Source of the DNA: Picochlorum sp. SENEW3
Taxonomy: Eukaryota
Assembly: GCA_034226945.1 (NCBI GenBank)
Contig: CP120462.1
Coordinates: forward strand, 682,001-746,000
Direction of reading: 5' to 3'
Length of the DNA: 64,000 bases
Below are positions 20,795 through 30,154 of the stretch, one piece after another. A program made the translations under genes and the position numbers. The notes below the pieces were generated by a model, which was given only the letters and a program-made list of their open reading frames with translations, had not been told where the DNA came from and ran no database searches. How positions within the stretch are numbered: position 1 is the stretch's first letter; the number at the start of each line of letters is the position of its first letter.

Positions 20795-22891
20795 ATGGTC
20801 GTATCCACCCACGGTATGGGTATTGACCGTGCGTGTCGGTGGCGTGGTGCCAATACAACACACCGTATTCTAATCTTATTTTTATACACACAGTTAGTAT
20901 TGAATTCTTGTAGGCTTGTCTATGGCCTTGGCACGTACATGGACCCGGCAGTGCTCGGTGTAAATAATGGACCAATCCCCTACCGTCGAGACCTCGGTGA
21001 GCTAAATATGCTCGTGGGAGGGATAAGCCCGGCTGGAGGCACGCATTCAATGGCTAATACTGGGGATATTGCGTCGATATATAAGGCGATGAATGTGCCA
21101 GGGGTCCGACCGAATGATCTGGGTGGTCCATTTGACTTGCGCTGCCTGTTCCAAATAGAGACCACAGATGATATTCCATCGCCGGATTCGACGTTTGAGG
21201 AGATACGAGATGATCCGCGTTGGAATTGGACGTCTTCAGATGAGGTTTTCGTGTCGATGCTTGAGAATGGGTTTGCGCCGTATCTGAATCTTGCATCTCG
21301 GGAATGGGTGTCAGGTCTGCAGCAAGGATGGGCACATGTTGACAAGGATGGGATACCGCAGTATGTTGTGAATCCTGAATCTCTGAAATACTTTTGTGTG
21401 AACTGGCCATATATTAGCCCAATTATGGAATCAATCGGTGATAAATTGGTGCTGACTATTGTGGAGAGGTATAATAATGTGACCATGTGGGGCAGGTACT
21501 TGAAAGGGACAGCAGTGTATGGGCCGCCCTTGGAGTGGGAGACCTGGGCAGGTGTGACAAATGCGACTGTAGGGATTGAGCTTCAGAATGAATACAATGG
21601 TCTGACGTGTCTCAAAACCGGCAATGGTGACACAACTTCGCTGGAAGGATGGAAGGAAAATTGTGGGGGATCACCATATACATGGAATTGGAAATATTGG
21701 GATGGTACGCCTGAGGCTGCTCATAGGTCGTATGTATCTCAGGCTCTTGCGATAAAGAGTCGTTTCCCTGGTATTCGAGTGGGGGGCCCTGCAATTGGAA
21801 CGGGCCCTTCTTTTGGTCTGACACCTTCTAGCAATGGAGTGCTTCCAGCTGATGGTGCTGCATTGGACTGGATTCGGTCTTTTTTGAGGACTGTTAAGGA
21901 CTCTACACGTCAGCATGGGGTTCAAATGCTTGACTGGTTTTCATGGCATGCGTATACGAGCTGTCAGACGCTAACAGAGAGTGTTGATTGTTCAAGAGAG
22001 AATCCCACATCGATTCTTGGTATTGCAGCACGGATGAGGTCATTGCTAGATGCCGAGGGATTTGGTGGCTTGCCGATGGTCATTTCAGAGCACAATGCGA
22101 AATTTAAAGTGAATGGAGGGAATACATACCCTGGCAACACCATGGGAGCTGCAGTCACAGCAGTTCACATTGCTGGCATTGTTCTTTCAAAAGATGAATT
22201 CAAGATCGATTCAGCGTACATTGTGAATGGAATAGACGGGCCGTTTCTTCCGTACAACAAAAATAGCTTCCCACTCTCATGCACCCCTGAATATGTCGTG
22301 CAAGCCTCAGAAAATGCCCCCATGGGTCCAGAGAGGATTGCGTTTTCTGGAAAGTATATCGATGATTGCTCCCATGGGAGTGGATCGAACGGTGCAATGT
22401 CGATCAATTCTGCAAATGGGATGGGTTTATTGTATAGCAATGGCGATAAGAAGCCATCTGCTGTGGTATTTGAGGACGTTATGTCTCAGTTTGTCTTCAA
22501 AGATGTCAACCCTGTGCCTACACCACTCCCAGCCAGCGTGGTTGGTATGTATGCGGATGATTCAGATGTGAAGAAGTGCATTAGTCTTCTTTTAGTGAAT
22601 GCTGATTTACTCAATTACTCACCAATCTTACCACATCTTTCACAAATGTCGCCCATGCCCAATATTGATGAGTCCAAGGTCCAAGTGCTCCAGGTTGGAC
22701 AGACCATACGAGGATCTGGAATTATCTTACCTAACAACATAAGCAGTTTGGGAACAGTCCAAGTTGAAGGACAAATAGTAAAGAAGGATCTGCAAAGTAC
22801 CACCGGCATGATCATGTTGCAAGATGGCCGCATTAGGTTACCACCAGCAGGTATTGTTGTCTTCTCATCCATGTGTTCTGGTCAGAAATGA
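20795..22891 (+). CDS. Clan GH-A glycoside hydrolase (GH39-like); 5' end uncertain
   Basis: ELQNEYN (acid/base NE), RVGGPA, DWFSWHAY and ISEHN (nucleophile). A probable splice acceptor at 20913 means the true N-terminus lies upstream. One in-frame option starts at ATG 20609 with intron 20770-20913. Confidence 0.72.
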   Translation: MVVSTHGMGIDRACRWRGANTTHRILILFLYTQLVLNSCRLVYGLGTYMDPAVLGVNNGPIPYRRDLGELNMLVGGISPAGGTHSMANTGDIASIYKAMNVPGVRPNDLGGPFDLRCLFQIETTDDIPSPDSTFEEIRDDPRWNWTSSDEVFVSMLENGFAPYLNLASREWVSGLQQGWAHVDKDGIPQYVVNPESLKYFCVNWPYISPIMESIGDKLVLTIVERYNNVTMWGRYLKGTAVYGPPLEWETWAGVTNATVGIELQNEYNGLTCLKTGNGDTTSLEGWKENCGGSPYTWNWKYWDGTPEAAHRSYVSQALAIKSRFPGIRVGGPAIGTGPSFGLTPSSNGVLPADGAALDWIRSFLRTVKDSTRQHGVQMLDWFSWHAYTSCQTLTESVDCSRENPTSILGIAARMRSLLDAEGFGGLPMVISEHNAKFKVNGGNTYPGNTMGAAVTAVHIAGIVLSKDEFKIDSAYIVNGIDGPFLPYNKNSFPLSCTPEYVVQASENAPMGPERIAFSGKYIDDCSHGSGSNGAMSINSANGMGLLYSNGDKKPSAVVFEDVMSQFVFKDVNPVPTPLPASVVGMYADDSDVKKCISLLLVNADLLNYSPILPHLSQMSPMPNIDESKVQVLQVGQTIRGSGIILPNNISSLGTVQVEGQIVKKDLQSTTGMIMLQDGRIRLPPAGIVVFSSMCSGQK

Positions 22892-23128
22892 CTGGAGCCC
22901 ATCAATCAGACCCATTAAAGCCATATTTATCTAGTTGATGTATGAAGTTCATCATCAGGGTGCGCTTGAGACGTTAGATGCACCATAGCAGATGTTAGAA
23001 GCGATCCATAATTTAATGTTACAGGCGTTGATGCGCTTGTTGCCCAAGTGTTTTTGAACGAAAGCAGCGTGCCATACAGGTCCAGGAACATCCACGTTTT
23101 GGCATCTATCTACATATCAGGATATATA

Positions 23129-24622
23129 CTAGGATATATTATATTCACCATGATTGCTTTTTTTGGAAAAAGATTTCGTCAGGAATCCCTCTGGGTCAGC
23201 CACATGAAGCATTTTCTCCAGCATGCCGAGCTCTGCATTAATATCACATAATCTCTTTCGCCGTTCATGTATCATTGTGGCATGGGCATCCCCTTTGACG
23301 GATTCAATATATGCATCCAATGAGTCCTCTGCTGTTGCAGTCGAGGTCTTGCCCCTAGTCTCTCTCGCATCCTCACGATCCAGCTCCTGTGTGAGTGTGT
23401 CTCGTTCAGTCTCCAGAGTCTGAATCTCTTTCAGTATGTCCCGTGCGTCCATGGCTTTCCTGGATGCATCCAAAGATTTTGAAGTCTTTGTATATTTCTT
23501 TTTCCGTGTTTTTGTCCGATCAAAGACCATGTCGTCGTCATCACTCTCCAAGTCCTCATCAGATCCATCATTCCTGGCATGCTTGGCAGATATCTTTGTT
23601 TTCGACCCCAACGCAGAGTCTATCGAATCCTGTATAGAATCTATAATCTGATCTTCCAGATCCTCAATTCCCTCCTCCAGCTGCCCAATCTCACGCTCAT
23701 TCTTTGCGAGCGTGTTTGCCTGTCCTACAGTCAGCCCCTCATCAAGCAATGATCCATGCTCTTGCTTCTGCTTTGCCATAATCCTGTCATTCTCTCTCTG
23801 TACATGCTCAATTTTATTCTGTTTCTTTCGAATCTTATCTGCTACTTTCTGCTGTTTATCTGTCAATCCCTTCTCTCTCGCATATCTTCTCCAATCAAAA
23901 TTCCCAGAATAGAGCGCTGCTTGAACCTTGTCTGATGACATGCCCTCTCCTCTCGACATGGCAATCGCCATCTGCTCCTTTGCTTTTTCTTCTTCTGCTC
24001 TTTTATGTCTTCGATATGCCTCTAAAACCTCTGCCTGCTGCTTTTCTGCTCTGCTCATCCCTTCTGCTGGCATCAAATCCTGAGGACCATCCAAAACATA
24101 CACTCTATCACTATTCCCAATCCGCATCTGATCCCCCACTCGAAATGGAACATATTGCTTTTTGGGAATCTGAGTCTTGTTGAGAAATGTCCCGTGTGTG
24201 GAGCCCATATCATAGAGAAATACCCCGTCATCTCCACTGCATTGAACAACAACGTGATACCGAGATGTGGAGGGGTGCTGGACCTCCCAATCATTGTCTG
24301 GAACGCGACCAAAACTGACCCACCCTTTATCACTTCGCCTACAGTATTTAGTGAGGTCGAGTGTTCTAATCATCTGACCAGATTTGAGGATTTCCAGCTG
24401 ATACTCGACTCTGCATGGAAACATGTCAAACACCACAAAGAAATAGTCAGTGGAGACATACAGCGGATCTACGACTGATTTTTACCGGTCATACCTGGGA
24501 ATAGAACCCCATTCCGGTGGACTGTATGCCACTGGTTCATTCCGAACGTCGCTGTGCTGTTTTGACACATCCACGACTGGAGGAGGAGGAGGCATGTCAC
24601 TGCCTTCCTCTGGCCCTGCCAT
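23129..24622 (-). CDS. Kanadaptin/SLC4A1AP-like FHA-domain nuclear protein
   Basis: Exon 24622-24495 (YSPPEWG), intron 24411-24494, then an FHA domain (FGR...HPSTSRYH...DMGSTHGTFLNK), GQANTLAKNE, DDMVFDRT, DSLDAYI and LHVADP. Confidence 0.88.
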
Positions 24623-24633
24623 GGTGATATATA

Positions 24634-24638
24634 TTACA
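24634..24638 (-). terminator. Chlorophyte-type TGTAA polyadenylation signal for SWC4
   Basis: TTACA on the + strand, 8 nt after the SWC4 stop. The same signal follows other genes (+ strand 4947-4951, 17574-17578, 48532-48536). Confidence 0.6.
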
Positions 24639-24646
24639 TTTAATGC

Positions 24647-25909
24647 CTAATTTTGATCTAATGAGAATTTATGACGCTTATTTTCAGCATCCATATCGGG
24701 ATCATCAGTGGCTGGTCTCAATCGCTTTTTAAGCAACTGCTTGGCCTCGACATTCTTCCTCAGTTCAATATACTCCAATCCTTCTTTGATCAATGTCAGA
24801 TATGCTGCACAGATGGCCCTGTTTGAAGTTCTGGGGAACTCTGTAAGCTTCAGACCAGAAAGCAAACGCAGTAACAGGTCCCTTTGCCGTTCAGCAAGGG
24901 TTGCAAGTTTTGAGTCAATGAGGTCCCGAGTGTGCAGGCCCCTCAGCAATACACGGGGAGCAGCACCTTGCGGATCGCCTTCCAGTGGGGTAGGAAGAGC
25001 AGGGTTTCCATCAATATCAAACAATGGAGGGGTTCCTACTGGCGGCGTTGTGTCAAACTCGGAGATTTCAATCATCTGCTCCTGTAACCTGGCAGCTGCT
25101 GTAGGAGCACCTGCCGTGCCCTTCATGGTGTCACCCTCTTCCGCTTTTCTCTTGCTTTCAATCTTGGCTGCTTGCTGGAGAATTGCATCTTCTTCAGCTT
25201 CTTTTTCTGGACTTCTCTTCAAGTATTGCTCGAACCCAGCCTTACGTAACTGCTCGTGTCGTGGGTCGAATGGATGCTTGACAAGCGCGTGATTTGCAAT
25301 GACGGTTGTTCCCCCTTCCCTGCCAATCAAAAGCTGCCTCGCAACAGAGTAATACCGCCCTTTAATGTCATCCACCGACCTTTCCTTTCCATTGAATTCA
25401 TATCTATCAGCAATGGCAAACCATCTCATGTCCATCAATTCCACCAAATCCAACAAGTAATCAGTTTCCTCTCGAGACCAGTCCTCATCAGCCTTGATCA
25501 GATTCTTCCATTCTTCGTCATTGTACCTGTACACGTTGGCCTTTTTATTATATTTTGCAAAAGGGTATTCCTTTTCGGCTGGGATGATTTTGTTATTCGT
25601 CGCGGTATTCGTATAGCACTTGACCCAATGCCACAGTTCCAAGTCATCCTGCCGGCATGGGTTCTTAAACGACCTCCATTCATAACTAATTTTACCACGC
25701 CGCTCAACCTTTTCCTGCTTCTTTTCACTCTCAATCTCCCCCATGAGTTGCGATGGCATCAAGGGATGAGACGCACTCAGAAGAGCAAACGCTTCCCTGC
25801 TCATCCCTTTTGGTTTCTGCAGTTTGGGCCCCTTTGGTTTCTCGGCTTTCTGTTCTACTGGCCCATTCCCATGCTTGGGAATCCCCATAATATCCTTTAT
25901 ATCACTCAT
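24647..25909 (-). CDS. SWC4: DMAP1/SWC4 subunit of the NuA4/SWR1 complexes (SANT domain)
   Basis: MSDIKDIMG, KPKGMSREAFALL, FKNPCRQDDLELWHW, YPFAKYNK, WSREETDYLLDL and RSVDDIKGRYY. Confidence 0.92.
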   Translation of the reverse strand: MSDIKDIMGIPKHGNGPVEQKAEKPKGPKLQKPKGMSREAFALLSASHPLMPSQLMGEIESEKKQEKVERRGKISYEWRSFKNPCRQDDLELWHWVKCYTNTATNNKIIPAEKEYPFAKYNKKANVYRYNDEEWKNLIKADEDWSREETDYLLDLVELMDMRWFAIADRYEFNGKERSVDDIKGRYYSVARQLLIGREGGTTVIANHALVKHPFDPRHEQLRKAGFEQYLKRSPEKEAEEDAILQQAAKIESKRKAEEGDTMKGTAGAPTAAARLQEQMIEISEFDTTPPVGTPPLFDIDGNPALPTPLEGDPQGAAPRVLLRGLHTRDLIDSKLATLAERQRDLLLRLLSGLKLTEFPRTSNRAICAAYLTLIKEGLEYIELRKNVEAKQLLKKRLRPATDDPDMDAENKRHKFSLDQN

Positions 25910-26235
25910 TGTGCCTAATCAAATCGAATCGTCTGAATTCTGGGCAGATACCACGCCACACGCGAGGCAATTGTTGTGCTCCGAATGTGTCCCACCGCGA
26001 ACGGCTACTGTACACTGTAGGGATTGCCGGAAACAACAGTATATATGCACTATTGTACTTTAATAATTATTATAAAAGGAAGACCGCGTTTATTAGTCTC
26101 CAAGCCGGATGGGCTGCCCCGATACAAGAGGTGGGAGGAGATGCATAATGTGCATTTTAAGGAATTTAAGGACCGTTTCAAACTGGCGGCATCCAACCGC
26201 CTTGTTGGTTGTATATGCTTACTATAGACTGATTA

Positions 26236-27471
26236 ATGGTTCTTTGTGCTTCTCAGAGACCACACGTGCCTTGTCTGCCACACGCAAAGGCTAGACCATC
26301 CAGGTACAGTCCCCAGGAGCCAGAACGACGGGTTCGCGTACGATCATCTGTAAATTCGAATACAATGAGCACATCTAAAGTTATTGAAAAGGGTCTGGCG
26401 ACCCAAGAGGAGTTGAGAGGTATGCTGATACCGAGTGAAGCACAGCTTGAAAGGACCAGGGAGCACTTGCAGTCAGAGATGCCGACTCGAAAGCTTGGTA
26501 GGTCTGGTCTTGATGTCTCGATTATTGGATTTGGGAGTTGGGTGAGTTTTGATTACCAGTTGGATGTGGAGAATGCCAAGACATTGATAGACAAGGCCTA
26601 CAGAGGAGGCATTAATATGTTTGACAATGCTGAGGTCTATGCACATGGTAAATCGGAGCTCATTATGGGCCAGGCACTGCAAGAGCTTGATATTCCAAGG
26701 TCAGATATAGTGATATCCACCAAAGTGTTTCATGGTTGCGTGAAAGAGCCGACAAAGACAGCACGGGGGCTCTCAAGGAAGCATGTCATTGAGGGGCTTA
26801 AAGCTTCTTTGAAGCGTCTGAGGCTTGATCACGTGGATGTAGTGTTTGCTCATCGACCAGATACAAGTGTTCCAATGGAAGAGATTGTGCGGGCTTTTAA
26901 TTTTGTGATCGACCAAGGATGGGCATTTTATTGGGGGACTTCAGAGTGGCAGTCTTCACAGATTATTGAGGCTCATCGGTGTGCAGAAAGGTTGGGTATG
27001 GTTGGACCAATCTGTGAACAGCCACATTACAATCTGCTGCATCGAAAGCGCGTGGAGGAAGACTTGGCGCCCCTGTATGACCAGTATGGGCTTGGTCTGA
27101 CCACTTGGTCACCTCTGGCAAGTGGCCTGCTCTCTGGCAAATATGCGGGGGGTGTCGTCCCTGAAAATTCTCGATTCTCTGTTCCTAGATATCAGAACCT
27201 TCGTGAAGGGTTGCTGACGGAAGAGAATTTGAAGGCAGCAGAGGCGTTGGCCCCACTTGCTGCAGAATTTGGGTGCACCTGTGCTCAGCTTGCTCTATGT
27301 TGGTGCATGGCAAATGAGAACGTTTCAACTGTGTTGACAGGAGCAACAAAAGTTTCACAGCTGCAAGAGAACTTGGAAGCCGTTAAACTTCTCTCAAAGC
27401 TCTCAGAACAAGACTGGAAACGAGTAGGGCAAGCTCTAGGCAATAGCTGCAGCGTTCTGAGCAGGTTTTAA
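26236..27471 (+). CDS. Aldo-keto reductase of the voltage-gated K+ channel beta-subunit (KAB1) type
   Basis: LGRSGLDVS, GSWVSF, FDNAEVY, GLSRKHVIEG, GWAFYWGTSEW and WSPLASGLLSGKY. Confidence 0.92.
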   Translation: MVLCASQRPHVPCLPHAKARPSRYSPQEPERRVRVRSSVNSNTMSTSKVIEKGLATQEELRGMLIPSEAQLERTREHLQSEMPTRKLGRSGLDVSIIGFGSWVSFDYQLDVENAKTLIDKAYRGGINMFDNAEVYAHGKSELIMGQALQELDIPRSDIVISTKVFHGCVKEPTKTARGLSRKHVIEGLKASLKRLRLDHVDVVFAHRPDTSVPMEEIVRAFNFVIDQGWAFYWGTSEWQSSQIIEAHRCAERLGMVGPICEQPHYNLLHRKRVEEDLAPLYDQYGLGLTTWSPLASGLLSGKYAGGVVPENSRFSVPRYQNLREGLLTEENLKAAEALAPLAAEFGCTCAQLALCWCMANENVSTVLTGATKVSQLQENLEAVKLLSKLSEQDWKRVGQALGNSCSVLSRF

Positions 27472-27499
27472 ATAAAGCAAAGAAAGGCATTCATTTTAT

Positions 27500-28327
27500 T
27501 CATTCCCAAATAAATACATTATCCTTCATCTTCCCTACTGTTGCAATATCGCGAGGGGTCGATCTTTTGATTGGAGGAAGGTGCTTGGCCTTGAGCAGCG
27601 TCCTCCCGTTGCCATATAATGCAAAGTATTCTACTTTCTGGTACCCCAGAGTATCATACAAGGCCAATGCTGCATCATTATCAGCATCCACATGTAACCA
27701 TATAGACTTTTCACCCCATAATCGAGCTACTCGTTCACATTGCTGGACCAGTCTCTTTCCTAGACCTTGCCTTCGAAACCCAGGTTTCACAACAATATTG
27801 CTTGCATAGCATCGAAAAGGTTTTGTAGTTGGAAAAGGAGGAGGCAATGCTGATTCACAGCGTGCCATTGAAATAGAAGCGCAACCAACAATCTCATTTG
27901 TATTTGATTCCTGGACAACAAAAATATACAGTTTCCTCAAGATGGTTGGCTTTGGCTTTCTCGATTGTCCAGACCCATCCATGTACGTTTTCTTTCCTTT
28001 ATACACTCCCCATAGAGTTTCTCTCGCCATAACTCGCTCCTCTGGCTTCAGGAACCAGAATTCTCTTCTCGCAGAGCGTTTTGTTTGAACAGCCACAGAA
28101 AACTGCCGTTCCCACTGCGCCACAGTCTGACTTGCGGGAGAAAGAAACCCTCCTGCCGAGTCTTTAAATGCCTCATGACACATGAATGAGACATCAGAGA
28201 TATCCCCGTCTCTCATTTGGCGAATTTTGTATTCGGCACGAGCAAGAGTCCGGTGGTTTTGGTGACTCTTTCCTAAACCCATGGAATTCCCACTCAATGG
28301 GCGATGAGATGGCGATAATGAGAGCAT
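27500..28327 (-). CDS. GNAT-family acetyltransferase, probably plastid
   Basis: YASNIVVKPGFRRQGLGKRL...WLHVDADNDAALALYDTLGY, and a LPPPFPT motif. Confidence 0.87.
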   Translation of the reverse strand: MLSLSPSHRPLSGNSMGLGKSHQNHRTLARAEYKIRQMRDGDISDVSFMCHEAFKDSAGGFLSPASQTVAQWERQFSVAVQTKRSARREFWFLKPEERVMARETLWGVYKGKKTYMDGSGQSRKPKPTILRKLYIFVVQESNTNEIVGCASISMARCESALPPPFPTTKPFRCYASNIVVKPGFRRQGLGKRLVQQCERVARLWGEKSIWLHVDADNDAALALYDTLGYQKVEYFALYGNGRTLLKAKHLPPIKRSTPRDIATVGKMKDNVFIWE

Positions 28328-28636
28328 AATCCCACAATTAATGACTATATTCCACCACAATCGAGTCAATCAGTCCTATAGGAACAATTGTGGAATACAA
28401 CACTCTTGCTCACCGCTTACAAGGTTCTCTCACAATACGGATTCATTCTGTAGAGCATGAATAATCTACATATGTGCAATGAGTTACAAAATAATATTGT
28501 ATAACGCTTTGGTGTGCATTGTGTTGAGTCTTCTACTGAGAGAGAGAGAGAGAACATGAAACCAAGAAAAAATCTCTGCTGCTGCCTAGTGTCAATAAAA
28601 TCCAATCAAATCTGTCGATACCCTGATTCATCTTTA

Positions 28637-29350
28637 TTATTGCTCTTTACTTTGAGCTGCAGTTACTGTATTTCCATTTTGCAGGATGCTATTGACTTTG
28701 TCTGCAGCATCTGCTGACATCTTGGAAGCTAGCTCTGCGTCTTTCTTTGCCTTGGCATCGTCAAATTTCCCCTGCATGACACTCAATATCATGGTCCAGC
28801 CAAAAGAAACTCCAGCGACGTATGGCACTCTCATATGTCTGGGCACGAACGCGAAATTGATCAGTTGGAGTGGTACCCATACGCTCCACAGTGTCTTCAC
28901 ACTCTCCCATATCTCACTCTTATATTTTTGCACAGCATACGACAATGGCTGTCCAGAAACCTTTGCTTTAATAGCATAAAATGTAGGGAAGTACAGGAAA
29001 GGATGGTGAATGGCTTGATCCAGGAAAACTTTGATAGGTGCAGTTCCTTTGTGACCAAATTTCGCTGTTATTGGTCCACACCATTGTGTAAACTTGACGT
29101 TATACAACCAATACTGAAAGCCTCCCAAGTATACAAACCCAAAAGTACAAAAGACAGCATGTCTGTTCCAATCGATTTCCTTTTTACCCTCAATCACCTT
29201 TTGAGCAAACAAGTCTGCAGCACTGGTCTTCAAACCTGATGTCCAGATGCCTGTCGCCAACGGGTGTGCCTTCGCCGTGTTATTGTACCATATCCCAACG
29301 CTTGTAAAAGGGCTCAGCAGCGCTCTCCCAACCTGTGCAATGTTTGACAT
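28637..29350 (-). CDS. Mpv17/PMP22-family membrane protein
   Basis: HPLAT...ADLFAQ, DWNR, KVFLDQ, WVPLQLINFAFVP.HMRVPYV and W..ILS. Confidence 0.92.
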   Translation of the reverse strand: MSNIAQVGRALLSPFTSVGIWYNNTAKAHPLATGIWTSGLKTSAADLFAQKVIEGKKEIDWNRHAVFCTFGFVYLGGFQYWLYNVKFTQWCGPITAKFGHKGTAPIKVFLDQAIHHPFLYFPTFYAIKAKVSGQPLSYAVQKYKSEIWESVKTLWSVWVPLQLINFAFVPRHMRVPYVAGVSFGWTMILSVMQGKFDDAKAKKDAELASKMSADAADKVNSILQNGNTVTAAQSKEQ

Positions 29351-30154
29351 GCCGACGATGGGACAGTAGTGTATTACTTCTACTACAGAGCACGTCTACT
29401 ACCAAGAAGCCTAGGGTACTTCTTTTGGGTTACACGCCCCACTCGAGCACAGATTGGGCCCAAAAATCTGCATATATATCGATCAATTGTCGTGTGAGGT
29501 AATGCCAGGCAGAGTTGAGACAGTTTGTACCAAAGGACGAGCAAACGCATGACCAGAATCAGAAATCCACCAATGCAACCAATCACTCCCTTGTGCAAAC
29601 ACATTCAATACCATAAGTGATATATGCATGCGATGGATGCACAAATTGAGGTATGATAGTCTGGTCAGAGGGTCGAATGAGGAGGTGCCACTCGTATGGT
29701 ATTACTTTGCCTTCTTCGTGCACGTACCGATGAAATCAGCGAATACGCTGACGCGGGTGTGTTGTAAATTAACTTTTTAGTCTACTGACTGAGTGAGAAG
29801 AACTTTCCTTGCATGAATGTGCAAGAATCGTTGAAAAATTCCGTATTCAAAACAATTGGGTGTTTGAAATTTCTAAATACGAAATTTATCTGGGTTTTTT
29901 GCCCGTTGCACAGGAGATTCGTCCAATTCATTTCGAATACATGGAAAAAATTGTAAAAGATAGGAGCTTGGTAATACCCAGCATGCATTGCATCGTTTTC
30001 ATCACCTTTGCTTCTCGGTGTCGCAGGTTCCTTTAAACTTGCTCGCTGTTACCAGGAAAGCAAAGGTATATTCCTACCTTCGGCATGCGTGCTGTTTTGG
30101 ATGGACATTTATATTTTTTGAATATTTTGGTGACCAGAAATCTAGGGACAAGTC

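Noticed and set aside
22925..23150. Possible extra 3' exon of the kanadaptin-like gene
   Set aside because: The implied intron is shorter than others here and the added peptide is not family-like. It cannot be supported without cDNA.
25960..26063. B-box-like peptide CSECVPPRTATVHCRDC...YIC in an intergenic ORF
   Set aside because: No ATG or convincing splice context, the ligand set is incomplete, and it lies in the short divergent SWC4/KAB1 promoter.
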